Part shown: positions 18,048 to 25,745 of the stretch, in pieces | Numbering within the stretch: position 1 is the first letter of the stretch | Layout of the letters: every line of letters begins with the position of its first letter | Assembly: GCA_041649575.1 (NCBI GenBank) | Contig: JBAZMW010000005.1 | Span: 1 to 32,000, forward strand | Source: Patescibacteria group bacterium | GTDB taxonomy: Bacteria > Patescibacteriota > Patescibacteriia > 2-01-FULL-39-33 | Direction: 5' to 3' | Length of the DNA: 32,000 bases | Program-made: the position numbers and the translations under genes | The notes under the pieces: generated by a model | The model's database searches: none | Told to the model about the DNA's origin: nothing | What the model saw: only the letters and a program-made list of their open reading frames with translations

Positions 18048-19952
18048 TTAAGGAGTAACCGGAGTGGAAGTGGCAGTGGTTCCGTCGCCGTTAGTGGTGT
18101 CGCCAGAAAGTTTTTCCACGCCGATCAGACAGACTGCCTGCCAGGGTTTGTAATGGGAAGTAAAGTTAGTTTCCTTTTTTTCTCCGCTGGGATAAATCAC
18201 GGTGTAATCGAAAGAGGCATTGACGCCTTTATGAGAGTTTTCGGTGCATTTTTTGGCTCCGGGTTTCAGGTCGGTGGTCTCGATATATTTAGTGGCGGCC
18301 GGCGAGACCCAGCCCCAGACCTTGGGCGTGGTGCGGCTGGCGCTGCGGCCGTCTTTGGTGCCCCAAAATTCAAAATACAAATTGTCACCGCTTAAGCGGC
18401 TTTGGATCAGAATGTAGTTGCCGGTGTCGTTTACAAAACGGACATCAGGATGAGGGATATAAATGGTGGCATCGGTGCCAGGCAGACCATTTTCCAGATA
18501 ATAGGTGACATTATAGGAGTGGTTGCGTCTTTCGGTAATAGGCAGGCCGGAAGCCAAAGCGGCTCTGAAAACCGTGGTGCCAATTTGACACAGCCCGCCG
18601 CCGTATTCCGGCGTGGTTTTGTTTTCTTTGATTACTAGTTCCGGCAAATAGCCGGTAGCGGCATCGACGTCTCCCAAGGCATTGATCAGAGAGAATTCTT
18701 CAGTCGGTTTGATCAAAATACCATGAAGCTTTTGGGCGCCGTTTTTGATGTTGTGGCGGCGGTTGTTAGGACTGCCGGCAAAGCTGGATTGGCCGACGCC
18801 GATGATTTCTTTGATGCCCAGGTCGTTGATGCTTCCGGTGGCGATTTTGGGTTGGATGGATTTAACACTGATTTCGGTCGGGTTTTTCCCCAAGAGCAAG
18901 TTGTTGTTCAAGTCGTTGAAAGTCTGCTCGACGTTGATTTCCTTGCCGTCCCGGTGGGCGGAAAATTCGGTGATTTTACCGCCTTTCATTTGCAGCTTGG
19001 CGTCAACCGGAGCGACATTGACCTTGGGTATAACGTTTTTTTCCAGCCAGGCCAGGAAAGAATCGCGACTAAGGCCAACGGTTATTTGGCCGTCGAGTTT
19101 CTGAAATTCCAGCATGGCGGACAAACTGTTTTTGCCGATTTCCCAGGTTTGGCCTGATTCGGTCAGTTGCGGTTGTTTGAGGTTTAGGATTTTTTCTACC
19201 AAATAACTTTTGTCCAAAACATCCTTTTTCTCGACGGTTGGTTTCTCGATTATGCCCTTTAGCTCAACCGGCTGGTTGTCTAATTTTTTCAGGTTGTCCT
19301 TGAGCTGACCGATGGCCTGGCCGTAATCCAGGCTGACACCCGCCTCGTCCCCGGTTATCTCGAGATTGTAATCACCGCCAGAGAAAGAGACGACAGGTTT
19401 GGCGTTTTGCGCCGGCTTTTCGAATTGGGAGAAGCGTTGTTTTAAAAGTTTTTTGAGAGTCTCTTCGTCAAGGTTGAATTGGGCCTCGAATTGCTTGCCC
19501 GATAAAAACAGGCTTTTTTGACGCAGGAGATTTTTGAACCAATTGTCTTGTCGCGCGAAAGGAAAGGCCTGGTAAATGGTGCGATGATTATCAAAACTGA
19601 AAATTTCTCTGGACAAATCAGGATCGGCCAGGGCGTCAATGGGATTGGTTATGTCCAAAAAAATTTCTTTGCCAGCCTGATGATAGACGACTTTGATTCC
19701 TTGACTGGTGATGTTTTGGGTAATTTTATCCAAGGTGTCCAGGGCTTCCACGGTCGTCAGTCCCTCCAGGCTGATGTTGCCGATTTTACTGCCGGGAAAG
19801 AATTTTTTTTCGTATCTGATCTCAAAAGCCATAACGGCTACGGCGGAGATTAAAAAAATTATGAAAACAGCGGCTATGATTATCAGAAAAAGCCACTGTT
19901 TATCAATTTTACCATCGTCTCGCTGTTTGATGATTTTTTTCAGACTCAACAT
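18048..19952 (-). CDS. VanW-like protein with N-terminal TM anchor and probable peptidoglycan-binding repeats
   Basis: 'WLFLIIIAAVFIIFLISAVAVMAFEI' anchor; 'EEFSLINALGDVDAATGYLPELVIKENKTTPEYGGGLCQIGTTVFRAALASGLPITERRNHSYNVTYYLENGLPGTDATIY' VanW core. Confidence 0.93.
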   Translation of the reverse strand: MLSLKKIIKQRDDGKIDKQWLFLIIIAAVFIIFLISAVAVMAFEIRYEKKFFPGSKIGNISLEGLTTVEALDTLDKITQNITSQGIKVVYHQAGKEIFLDITNPIDALADPDLSREIFSFDNHRTIYQAFPFARQDNWFKNLLRQKSLFLSGKQFEAQFNLDEETLKKLLKQRFSQFEKPAQNAKPVVSFSGGDYNLEITGDEAGVSLDYGQAIGQLKDNLKKLDNQPVELKGIIEKPTVEKKDVLDKSYLVEKILNLKQPQLTESGQTWEIGKNSLSAMLEFQKLDGQITVGLSRDSFLAWLEKNVIPKVNVAPVDAKLQMKGGKITEFSAHRDGKEINVEQTFNDLNNNLLLGKNPTEISVKSIQPKIATGSINDLGIKEIIGVGQSSFAGSPNNRRHNIKNGAQKLHGILIKPTEEFSLINALGDVDAATGYLPELVIKENKTTPEYGGGLCQIGTTVFRAALASGLPITERRNHSYNVTYYLENGLPGTDATIYIPHPDVRFVNDTGNYILIQSRLSGDNLYFEFWGTKDGRSASRTTPKVWGWVSPAATKYIETTDLKPGAKKCTENSHKGVNASFDYTVIYPSGEKKETNFTSHYKPWQAVCLIGVEKLSGDTTNGDGTTATSTPVTP

Positions 19953-19967
19953 CGTTAAAATTTAACT

Positions 19968-20222
19968 TTAGTCGTCGGTATTGAGAATTTCTTTTAGGAC
20001 GGCTTGGGCCAGCTTTTGCCGGTCGGCCTCGGCCAGCTCCTTGGTGGTGATAAATAATTTTACCGGAGCGTTCAAGGAAATGCCCGCTGGCAATTTGTTG
20101 AGAGGCCAGAGTATTTTCTGTTCGTCTTCGGTTCTAATCGTCGCCAAATTGCTCTCCACGTCTTCGATGACGCCGTTTAAGAAATTGCCGGCCGAGAATA
20201 GTTGTTCGTCTTGGTTAATCAT
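19968..20222 (-). CDS. Small hypothetical protein, 84 aa
   Basis: Overlaps the 3' end of the hsp20-like gene on the same strand and shows coding-like composition. Confidence 0.65.
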   Translation of the reverse strand: MINQDEQLFSAGNFLNGVIEDVESNLATIRTEDEQKILWPLNKLPAGISLNAPVKLFITTKELAEADRQKLAQAVLKEILNTDD

Positions 20223-20658
20223 TCAGGTTTTTTACTTTTATAGAAGCGCTTTTGTATTTTTTGGGCAGTTTGACGGTCAAGACCCCGTTTTTCAGAGTGG
20301 CCTGCACTTTGGCGTGATCGACTTCTTGCGGCAGGACAATGGAACGGCTGAAGGAGCCCCAATAAATTTCGCGGAAATAAAAATCGTTGTCGCCGACCTC
20401 CTCTTCCATTTCGCGGTAGCCGCGGATAGTCAAGAGGTCGTTGCTGACCGAGATGTCCAGATTTTTGGGGTCGACGCCGGCCATGGTCGATTTGACGATG
20501 ACGTGATCCCTGTCTTGATAAATGTCGCAGGAAAGCTGGCCCTCGCCGTTAAAAATATTTTCCTCCAAGTGGGGCTCGTGTGGCGACAGAAAGAAATCCG
20601 AGGAACTATTGTCGGTTTCCAGAGGAATATTGGTTTGTTTTTTGGCTTTAGAAAACAT
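20215..20658 (-). CDS. Hsp20/alpha-crystallin family small heat shock protein
   Basis: 'GEGQLSCDIYQDRDHVIVKSTMAGVDPKNLDISVSNDLLTIRGYREMEEEVGDNDFYFREIYWGSFSRSIVLPQEVDHAKVQATLKNGVLTVKLPK'. Confidence 0.95.
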   Translation of the reverse strand: MFSKAKKQTNIPLETDNSSSDFFLSPHEPHLEENIFNGEGQLSCDIYQDRDHVIVKSTMAGVDPKNLDISVSNDLLTIRGYREMEEEVGDNDFYFREIYWGSFSRSIVLPQEVDHAKVQATLKNGVLTVKLPKKYKSASIKVKNLND

Positions 20659-20826
20659 AAAACCGTCTTTTTATGTTTTTATTATAGTAGAAATAAGAAA
20701 AATTAACAAGGGAAGAGTGGACTGGTCGTTGACTTTTACAGGTTTTTGATTTATAATATGGTTTATGGTTTGCCTGTCTCGGCCGATTCTAAAGAATCAG
20801 ACGGACAGGTATTAAAAAGAACAAAA

Positions 20827-21081
20827 ATGAGTTTTGTTATTTATTGGTTAATAAGTGAGGACGGGAGAAACACTTATATTGGTTTTTCAAATAATGTAAG
20901 GAGAAGAGTTAAAGAACATAGAGCCAAAAAAGTCAAAACAACGGAGTATTTTGGGAAGTTTAGGTGTTTTATTTTAGATAGGGTTGATAATTTAGAAAAG
21001 GGGATAATAAGAGAAAAATATTGGAAGTCACATACAGGAAGAATTAAATTGAAAAGCTATTTTATCAAGATCGTCAGATAA
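20827..21081 (+). CDS. GIY-YIG nuclease superfamily protein (variant GIY motif)
   Basis: 'MSFVIYWLISEDGRNTYIGFSNNVRRRVKEHRAKK'; ATG at 20827 preferred over the track start at 20746. Confidence 0.8.
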   Translation: MSFVIYWLISEDGRNTYIGFSNNVRRRVKEHRAKKVKTTEYFGKFRCFILDRVDNLEKGIIREKYWKSHTGRIKLKSYFIKIVR

Positions 21082-21096
21082 GATCTGCCGAATCAA

Positions 21097-21168
21097 GCCG
21101 CCATCGTCTAGTGGTTAGGACACCAGGTTTTCATCCTGGTAACCGGGGTTCGATTCCCCGTGGCGGTA
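21097..21168 (+). tRNA. tRNA-Glu (anticodon TTC)
   Basis: GCCGCCA...TGGCGGT acceptor, CCAGG-TTTTCAT-CCTGG anticodon arm, CGGGG-TTCGATT-CCCCG T arm; no encoded CCA. Confidence 0.95.
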
Positions 21169-22666
21169 CTAATGGGGAACTGGCGAGAGCCAGCTCTCTT
21201 TTTGTTTGTAAAATTGGTGATAATTTCGGGGTTTGAAATTTTATATAGTCATAACTCGGCTTTTCGGGAAAAACCAAACCCTGCAATTGAATTTTTTGCT
21301 CAAATGTTGCCCGCTCCCAATTTTCTGGCAGAGTTTTTATATAGGTAAAAACATAATCAATCGCCTCATCAAGATTAAACTCTTCAAATTTTGTTTCTGT
21401 TAGATTTGCTTCTTGATAATCAATGTCTTTATTGAGTTTATTGAAGGCCTCCTTAAAATCATCATCGGGCAATAAGTCCCTTTTCTTCATTTCAATCAGT
21501 TGAAGCTTTTCTTGTTTTAAACCCTCTATCCGTTTTATTCGGTCTTGCCTCTCTTGATTTATTTTTTTATACTCGCTTTCCCAAACATCAAGAATGACCG
21601 CCTTAAATCCTTTAAGAAACTTATCTTTGGGAGTAATTTCTTTTAGATAATCCAAAAAATCTTTTTCTAACTTCTTTTTGGGAATTGATTTTTTTGATGG
21701 GCAATTTTTGTTATAGCAACCATAGTAAGGAAATTTGCCTCCGCACTTGCCCGTTGAGAAATAGGCGGTTAATGGCCTCCCACAATAGCCACAAATAACC
21801 TCGTGCCTTAATGGAAAACACTCGCTCGCTTGGTTTCTTGATATACTTTCGCTCCTACTATGGCCATTTAAGACATTTTGGCACTTATAAAAAGTTTCGG
21901 CATCAATGAGCCTCTCGTGGTTTGCCTCATACTCCCTGCCCCTGACAGTCATTATGCCAATATAAAATTTATTGGTAATAATTCTGTATATGAGTTGCGG
22001 TGAAATTTCTTTGCCCATCCAGCTCCTCAATCCTTTATCATTAACCCTGCGCCTGACATCTTCAAGAGTATAAAGGCCAGTGGCGTATTCCTCAAAAGCC
22101 CATTTGATTAACGGCGCCCGATTTTTATCAAGCGTAATTACTTTTTTATTAAACTCGTCTCTCGTGTTGGTGTAGCCGATTTTAGCTTTCCAGCACCAAA
22201 ATCCTTGCTCAACTTTTTCTCGCATACAATCGGTTATCCTTTGGCTTTTTATCTCGTTATCTAATTGGGCGCTGGAGGCCATTAAATTGCCGATAAATTT
22301 GCCAATGGGGGTGTCGTCAATGCCTGCTTCGGAGGTGGAAATAAACCTAATACCGAGCTTTTTAAGTAATAACAAAATATTCGTATAATCATTTACGTTT
22401 CTGGTTAGTCGGTCAATTTTATAGACAATAACACAATCAATGCCTTTGCCTTTCTGCGTGCAAAATTGAAGCATTGCCTGCAAGCTCGGCCTGTCAGCGG
22501 TTTTAGCCGATACGCCGTCATCGTGAAACATCTTGATTATTTCTATCCCATTTGTTTCGGCATAATTCAAACAGCTCTTTTTCTGTTGCTCCAAACTAAC
22601 GCCAAATTGAGCTTGGTCTTCGGTTGATACTCGGTAATAAATTATGCCTTTGAGTTTTGTTTTCAT
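21131..22666 (-). CDS. Large serine recombinase (site-specific integrase)
   Basis: The track ORF starts at 22708, but internal Met 'MKTKLKGIIYYRVSTEDQAQFGVSLEQQKKSCLNYAE' is likelier. 'DCVIVYKIDRLTRN', 'FIGNLMASSAQLDNEIKSQR', recombinase domain 'WAFEEYATGLYTLEDV', and zinc ribbon 'CGYCGRPLTAYFS...YYGCYNKNCPSKK'. The last codons run antisense into tRNA-Glu ('PPRGIEPRLPG'). Confidence 0.95.
   Translation of the reverse strand: MKTKLKGIIYYRVSTEDQAQFGVSLEQQKKSCLNYAETNGIEIIKMFHDDGVSAKTADRPSLQAMLQFCTQKGKGIDCVIVYKIDRLTRNVNDYTNILLLLKKLGIRFISTSEAGIDDTPIGKFIGNLMASSAQLDNEIKSQRITDCMREKVEQGFWCWKAKIGYTNTRDEFNKKVITLDKNRAPLIKWAFEEYATGLYTLEDVRRRVNDKGLRSWMGKEISPQLIYRIITNKFYIGIMTVRGREYEANHERLIDAETFYKCQNVLNGHSRSESISRNQASECFPLRHEVICGYCGRPLTAYFSTGKCGGKFPYYGCYNKNCPSKKSIPKKKLEKDFLDYLKEITPKDKFLKGFKAVILDVWESEYKKINQERQDRIKRIEGLKQEKLQLIEMKKRDLLPDDDFKEAFNKLNKDIDYQEANLTETKFEEFNLDEAIDYVFTYIKTLPENWERATFEQKIQLQGLVFPEKPSYDYIKFQTPKLSPILQTKRELALASSPLVPPRGIEPRLPG
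21180..21203 (+). terminator. tRNA terminator candidate
   Basis: CTGGC-GAGA-GCCAG then CTCTCTTTTT; lies inside the antisense recombinase ORF. Confidence 0.55.
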
Positions 22667-22812
22667 ATTTTTTAATAAAAAAGGGACGATTAATCGCTTT
22701 GAACACAACCAACCCAGATAGGCAGTTGAAGCGGTAATCGCCCCGTTTTTATGTCAAAAACATTAGATTTTTTGGCAAAAAAATAATCTGGATTGGTAGT
22801 TGTGTTCGTAGG

Positions 22813-22994
22813 TATTATAGTATATTTTTTGGTATTTGTGAAGCTTTTTTAATCAGCCCCTTTTTCTGCGCCCATTCTTCAAAAGCCAGCAAGGCGAACT
22901 GGTGTTGCGCTTGGCGAATTTCATCAATCTCCTTGTCGGTTAGGCCGATTGCCTCCTCTCCCAATAATTCCTTAAACTTCATCAAGCTAATCAT
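22813..22994 (-). CDS. Small helical protein (about 59 aa or slightly longer), below or near the ORF track threshold
   Basis: Reading from the ATG ending at 22994: MISLMKFKELLGEEAIGLTDKEIDEIRQAQHQFALLAFEEWAQKKGLIKK. The exact C-terminus is uncertain because of homopolymer runs, so the left coordinate is approximate. Confidence 0.4.
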
Positions 22995-24207
22995 AAGCCC
23001 CCCTTGTATTACGCTGGTTAGCGTCTATAATTTTGGACACTGGATTACGCTGGTTAGCGTCTATAATTTTGGACACTGGCGAAGCGAAATTAAGCCCCAG
23101 TTCTTGCTGAATAGTTGAGATTATTCCAAATTGCTCCAAGATATATTTGTGGATTTTTACATTATCCAACTTGCCCAATTCCCGCCAGTCAAAATGATTT
23201 TGTAGCTCGGCCAAGCGGGCAAGGTAGTTATACCAAGTTTGCCTGCTCTTATATGTCTTGAGATATTGTTTGCGGGTTTCGGCCAAGCCGTTTTCCTGCA
23301 GTTCGCCAATTATTTGCCTGATAGTGGCCTTGGTTTGGATGTGGTTATAATGCTTGTCTAAAAAGTCGTCTATTATGGGTTGCTTTTCTAAGGATAAAAA
23401 GATAATTTTTTGCAGAGGATGATTAAAAACTTCATCAACCTGCTCCCTTAAAACTTGCTCCCAAATATTTTGTTTAAAAATATTCTCCAGCGTGGGAGGC
23501 AAAACGCCAAGATATGGTTTAAATTTTTCTTTTATTTTGCGGGGTGTTTTAAAGGTCGCTTCAATCCTTAAAATCTCTTTGGCTAATTGTCCGTCCATTC
23601 TAAATTCCCCCTTGCGCAATAAATCGGCAATAGCCAGCTCTTTTTGGGTTTCGGCGCTATTTAACATCTCTTGGTTTTTGCCGTAAGCTTTTAAGGTTTC
23701 GTTTTTAGTGCTTAAAATTACCTCCCGCCCGCCGTGCTTGTAGTCGTCAAAACCAATTACTCGGTGTTTTGTGTGCGTTTTATAGTCAAAGGGGCTTAAC
23801 ACCTTGAGAGCATTATTGACCGAGCAAATAGGAGTTAAATTTATATTAATGCCGATAGCAACAAGCGAGGGCAAGCAAGCTTTTATTTGCGCTGGGAAAA
23901 TAAAAACCCCGATTTTTTGACAAAAACGGGATATGGCATACACCAACTCTTCAAGCTGGCTCTCCTTGATTTCAATAAGATTGCCTCCCGTTATCATCTT
24001 GGGAGCGGAAAATTCAATATAAAAATAAGTTTTACTGGGGTATTTAAAATCTGACTCAATAGAATACTTTGGCACATATAAGCCAAGTTTTTGTTGTTCT
24101 TTGCGCCAAGGGTTATTTGTCCAAACATCCTTGCCCCATAGTTTTTCGGCAAAAAAAGAGTTATTCGGATGAGGGTAAATAAATTTTAATTTAATGGTGT
24201 CAAACAT
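22987..24207 (-). CDS. Probable phage/plasmid replication initiation protein (filamentous phage gene II/X-like)
   Basis: Start at Met 'MFDTIKLKF' (24207) rather than 24273. 'GREVILSTKNETLKAYGKNQEMLNS' and 'LAKEILRIEATFK' resemble the KxYxKxxEL...LRxExxxK pattern of gene II/X (Phage_CRI-type) initiators, with a helical C-terminal half. Confidence 0.5.
   Translation of the reverse strand: MFDTIKLKFIYPHPNNSFFAEKLWGKDVWTNNPWRKEQQKLGLYVPKYSIESDFKYPSKTYFYIEFSAPKMITGGNLIEIKESQLEELVYAISRFCQKIGVFIFPAQIKACLPSLVAIGININLTPICSVNNALKVLSPFDYKTHTKHRVIGFDDYKHGGREVILSTKNETLKAYGKNQEMLNSAETQKELAIADLLRKGEFRMDGQLAKEILRIEATFKTPRKIKEKFKPYLGVLPPTLENIFKQNIWEQVLREQVDEVFNHPLQKIIFLSLEKQPIIDDFLDKHYNHIQTKATIRQIIGELQENGLAETRKQYLKTYKSRQTWYNYLARLAELQNHFDWRELGKLDNVKIHKYILEQFGIISTIQQELGLNFASPVSKIIDANQRNPVSKIIDANQRNTRGAYD
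23008..23079. repeat. Perfect 36-bp tandem direct repeat x2
   Basis: ATTACGCTGGTTAGCGTCTATAATTTTGGACACTGG at 23008-23043 and 23044-23079. Each copy contains the inverted repeat ACGCT-GGTT-AGCGT, and in-frame it encodes part of the duplicated peptide NPVSKIIDANQR. Confidence 0.93.
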
Positions 24208-24228
24208 AGGAAGGTCTAAGCTTAAGCC

Positions 24229-24274
24229 ATTGCCCGTCTCGGCGACCCTCCAAGGAAAACCGAGACAAGGCAAT
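24229..24274. promoter_or_regulatory. Extended stem-loop just upstream of the replication initiator start
   Basis: ATTGCC-c-GTCTCGG / 17-nt loop / CCGAGAC-aa-GGCAAT. Confidence 0.45.
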
Positions 24275-24300
24275 GACCCAAAATTATTTCAAATAAAAAC

Positions 24301-24327
24301 CATCTTAATTTTTACATAATTAAGATG
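24301..24327. repeat. Perfect inverted repeat CATCTTAATT-TTTACAT-AATTAAGATG
   Basis: 10-bp arms with a 7-nt spacer in the rep upstream intergenic region. Confidence 0.7.
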
Positions 24328-24433
24328 ATTAAATAACTCGTTTTTTTATCGGTGTTTATTAGAATTTTTAAATAAAAAAACGGCTTTATTTAGCCATTTT
24401 TTTAAAGATATTAACACCGAGTAAAAAACCGAT

Positions 24434-25582
24434 TCAAAATATTTTATCATTCCACCTGTAAATATTAGCTTCTTGTTTCTTATTTTCACCCTTAATTATA
24501 ATTTCCCTTATTAATTTATTTTCTTTATTAATTCTTTTATTGATTTGATTAATTGATTTGTTAAATTCATCGGAATTTATTGGCGGGTGGTCATTTTCTA
24601 TAAACTTATTAAAATCGTTATAGGTTAGAAATTCCCCATTTATTTTATTTGATTCAATAAAGAAATTAATAATCATTGCGGGCGTTTTATCAAAAGAAAG
24701 CCGTTTTTTGCCTAAATGTAAAGTGCCTTTGGGCTTATTTCCATCCAAATATTTGTAAGAAATTTTTTCTTCCAAGTCCTCTCCCTCTTTTTCATTGGGC
24801 AGGGTTTCTATTAGATGATTTAAAACAATTTCAGCGTTGTTTTTTATTTTTTTCAAAATTTTATTATTATCTATGAGGTCGTCTCCACGCATATTATAAA
24901 ACGCTTCATAATCAGCTCTGGGATATCTTTGGACGCAAAAAATTAAAAATTTCTCAAAATTTCTTAGCTTCATTCTAATAGGAACTCTATATATCAAGTT
25001 ATCAAATTTATCAAGCAATTTTTTAAAGTTGTTAAATAAAACTTCAAATTTTTCGTATTCATTTTCATTGCGTTCGTTAATTGACCAGCTTATAACAGAA
25101 AACATATGGCCAATAGCGCTATATTGATTTCTAATCGCCCAGGTTCTGGTAAAAATAAACGGGTCATCAATAGAAGAAATGCTAACATTCCCAAGCTCGT
25201 AATAATTATTTTTGTCTTGAATTTTTTGGTATAAATCTTTTAATTCAATGTCGTGGTTATCTTCTCCTTTGAGCTTAATGAATAAATGTCGATTTTCTCC
25301 CTTTAATTCTTCATTAAGCTGGTCAATTTCTCTTTGATTAGTAAAACTTGCCATTTTTAAAATACTATCAAACAGCTCATTTTCAGTTTTGATATATTCA
25401 TCATTTTTAACAAGATTTTTAAAATAATCAAAAATGCTATAAAATTTTTCTTTTAAATCTTTACTTTCGTGAATAAAATCATATAAATCAATGGAAATTA
25501 TATTTTCAATATTTTTATCCAATGCGGTGGCTTTTTCTATGTCGGATTTAAATGCCTCTAATTTTTTGTGGAGATTATTCAT
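24434..25582 (-). CDS. Hypothetical protein with an alpha-helical body and possible C-terminal winged helix
   Basis: 382 aa. The C-terminal 'LHLGKKRLSFDKTPAMIINFFIESNKINGEFLTYNDFNKFI...INQINKRINKENKLIREIIIKGENKKQEANIYRWN' has a wHTH-like pattern. No family recognised. Confidence 0.75.
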   Translation of the reverse strand: MNNLHKKLEAFKSDIEKATALDKNIENIISIDLYDFIHESKDLKEKFYSIFDYFKNLVKNDEYIKTENELFDSILKMASFTNQREIDQLNEELKGENRHLFIKLKGEDNHDIELKDLYQKIQDKNNYYELGNVSISSIDDPFIFTRTWAIRNQYSAIGHMFSVISWSINERNENEYEKFEVLFNNFKKLLDKFDNLIYRVPIRMKLRNFEKFLIFCVQRYPRADYEAFYNMRGDDLIDNNKILKKIKNNAEIVLNHLIETLPNEKEGEDLEEKISYKYLDGNKPKGTLHLGKKRLSFDKTPAMIINFFIESNKINGEFLTYNDFNKFIENDHPPINSDEFNKSINQINKRINKENKLIREIIIKGENKKQEANIYRWNDKIF

Positions 25583-25711
25583 CTTGGAGGGTTTAAATTA
25601 AAATTTATGGTCTTGAATGCTATTATATTAATATTAAATTAGCTAAAAATCAAACAGTTAAAAGGCAAATTTTCATTTCCAGGATGGCTGTTCAAAAAAG
25701 TTATTTACTGT

Positions 25712-25717
25712 TATAAT
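25712..25717 (+). promoter_or_regulatory. Candidate -10 box TATAAT upstream of the restriction-modification fusion
   Basis: TATAAT 28 nt before the ATG at 25746 in the divergent intergenic region; the -35 element is weak. Confidence 0.35.
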
Positions 25718-25745
25718 AAAAGTATAAACTATAAACAACAAAAAT

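Noticed and set aside
18153-20706. + strand ORFs over VanW and Hsp20, including the 241-aa 19981-20706
   Set aside because: Antisense to well-supported minus-strand genes; translated sequences lack domain-like composition.
1-21090. Alternative genetic code (UGA as Gly, as in some CPR lineages)
   Set aside because: Housekeeping genes read as full-length proteins with standard stop codons, so no recoding is needed.
23008-23079. CRISPR array
   Set aside because: Two head-to-tail 36-bp units have no intervening spacers, so this is a tandem duplication rather than repeat-spacer architecture. No cas genes were recognised.
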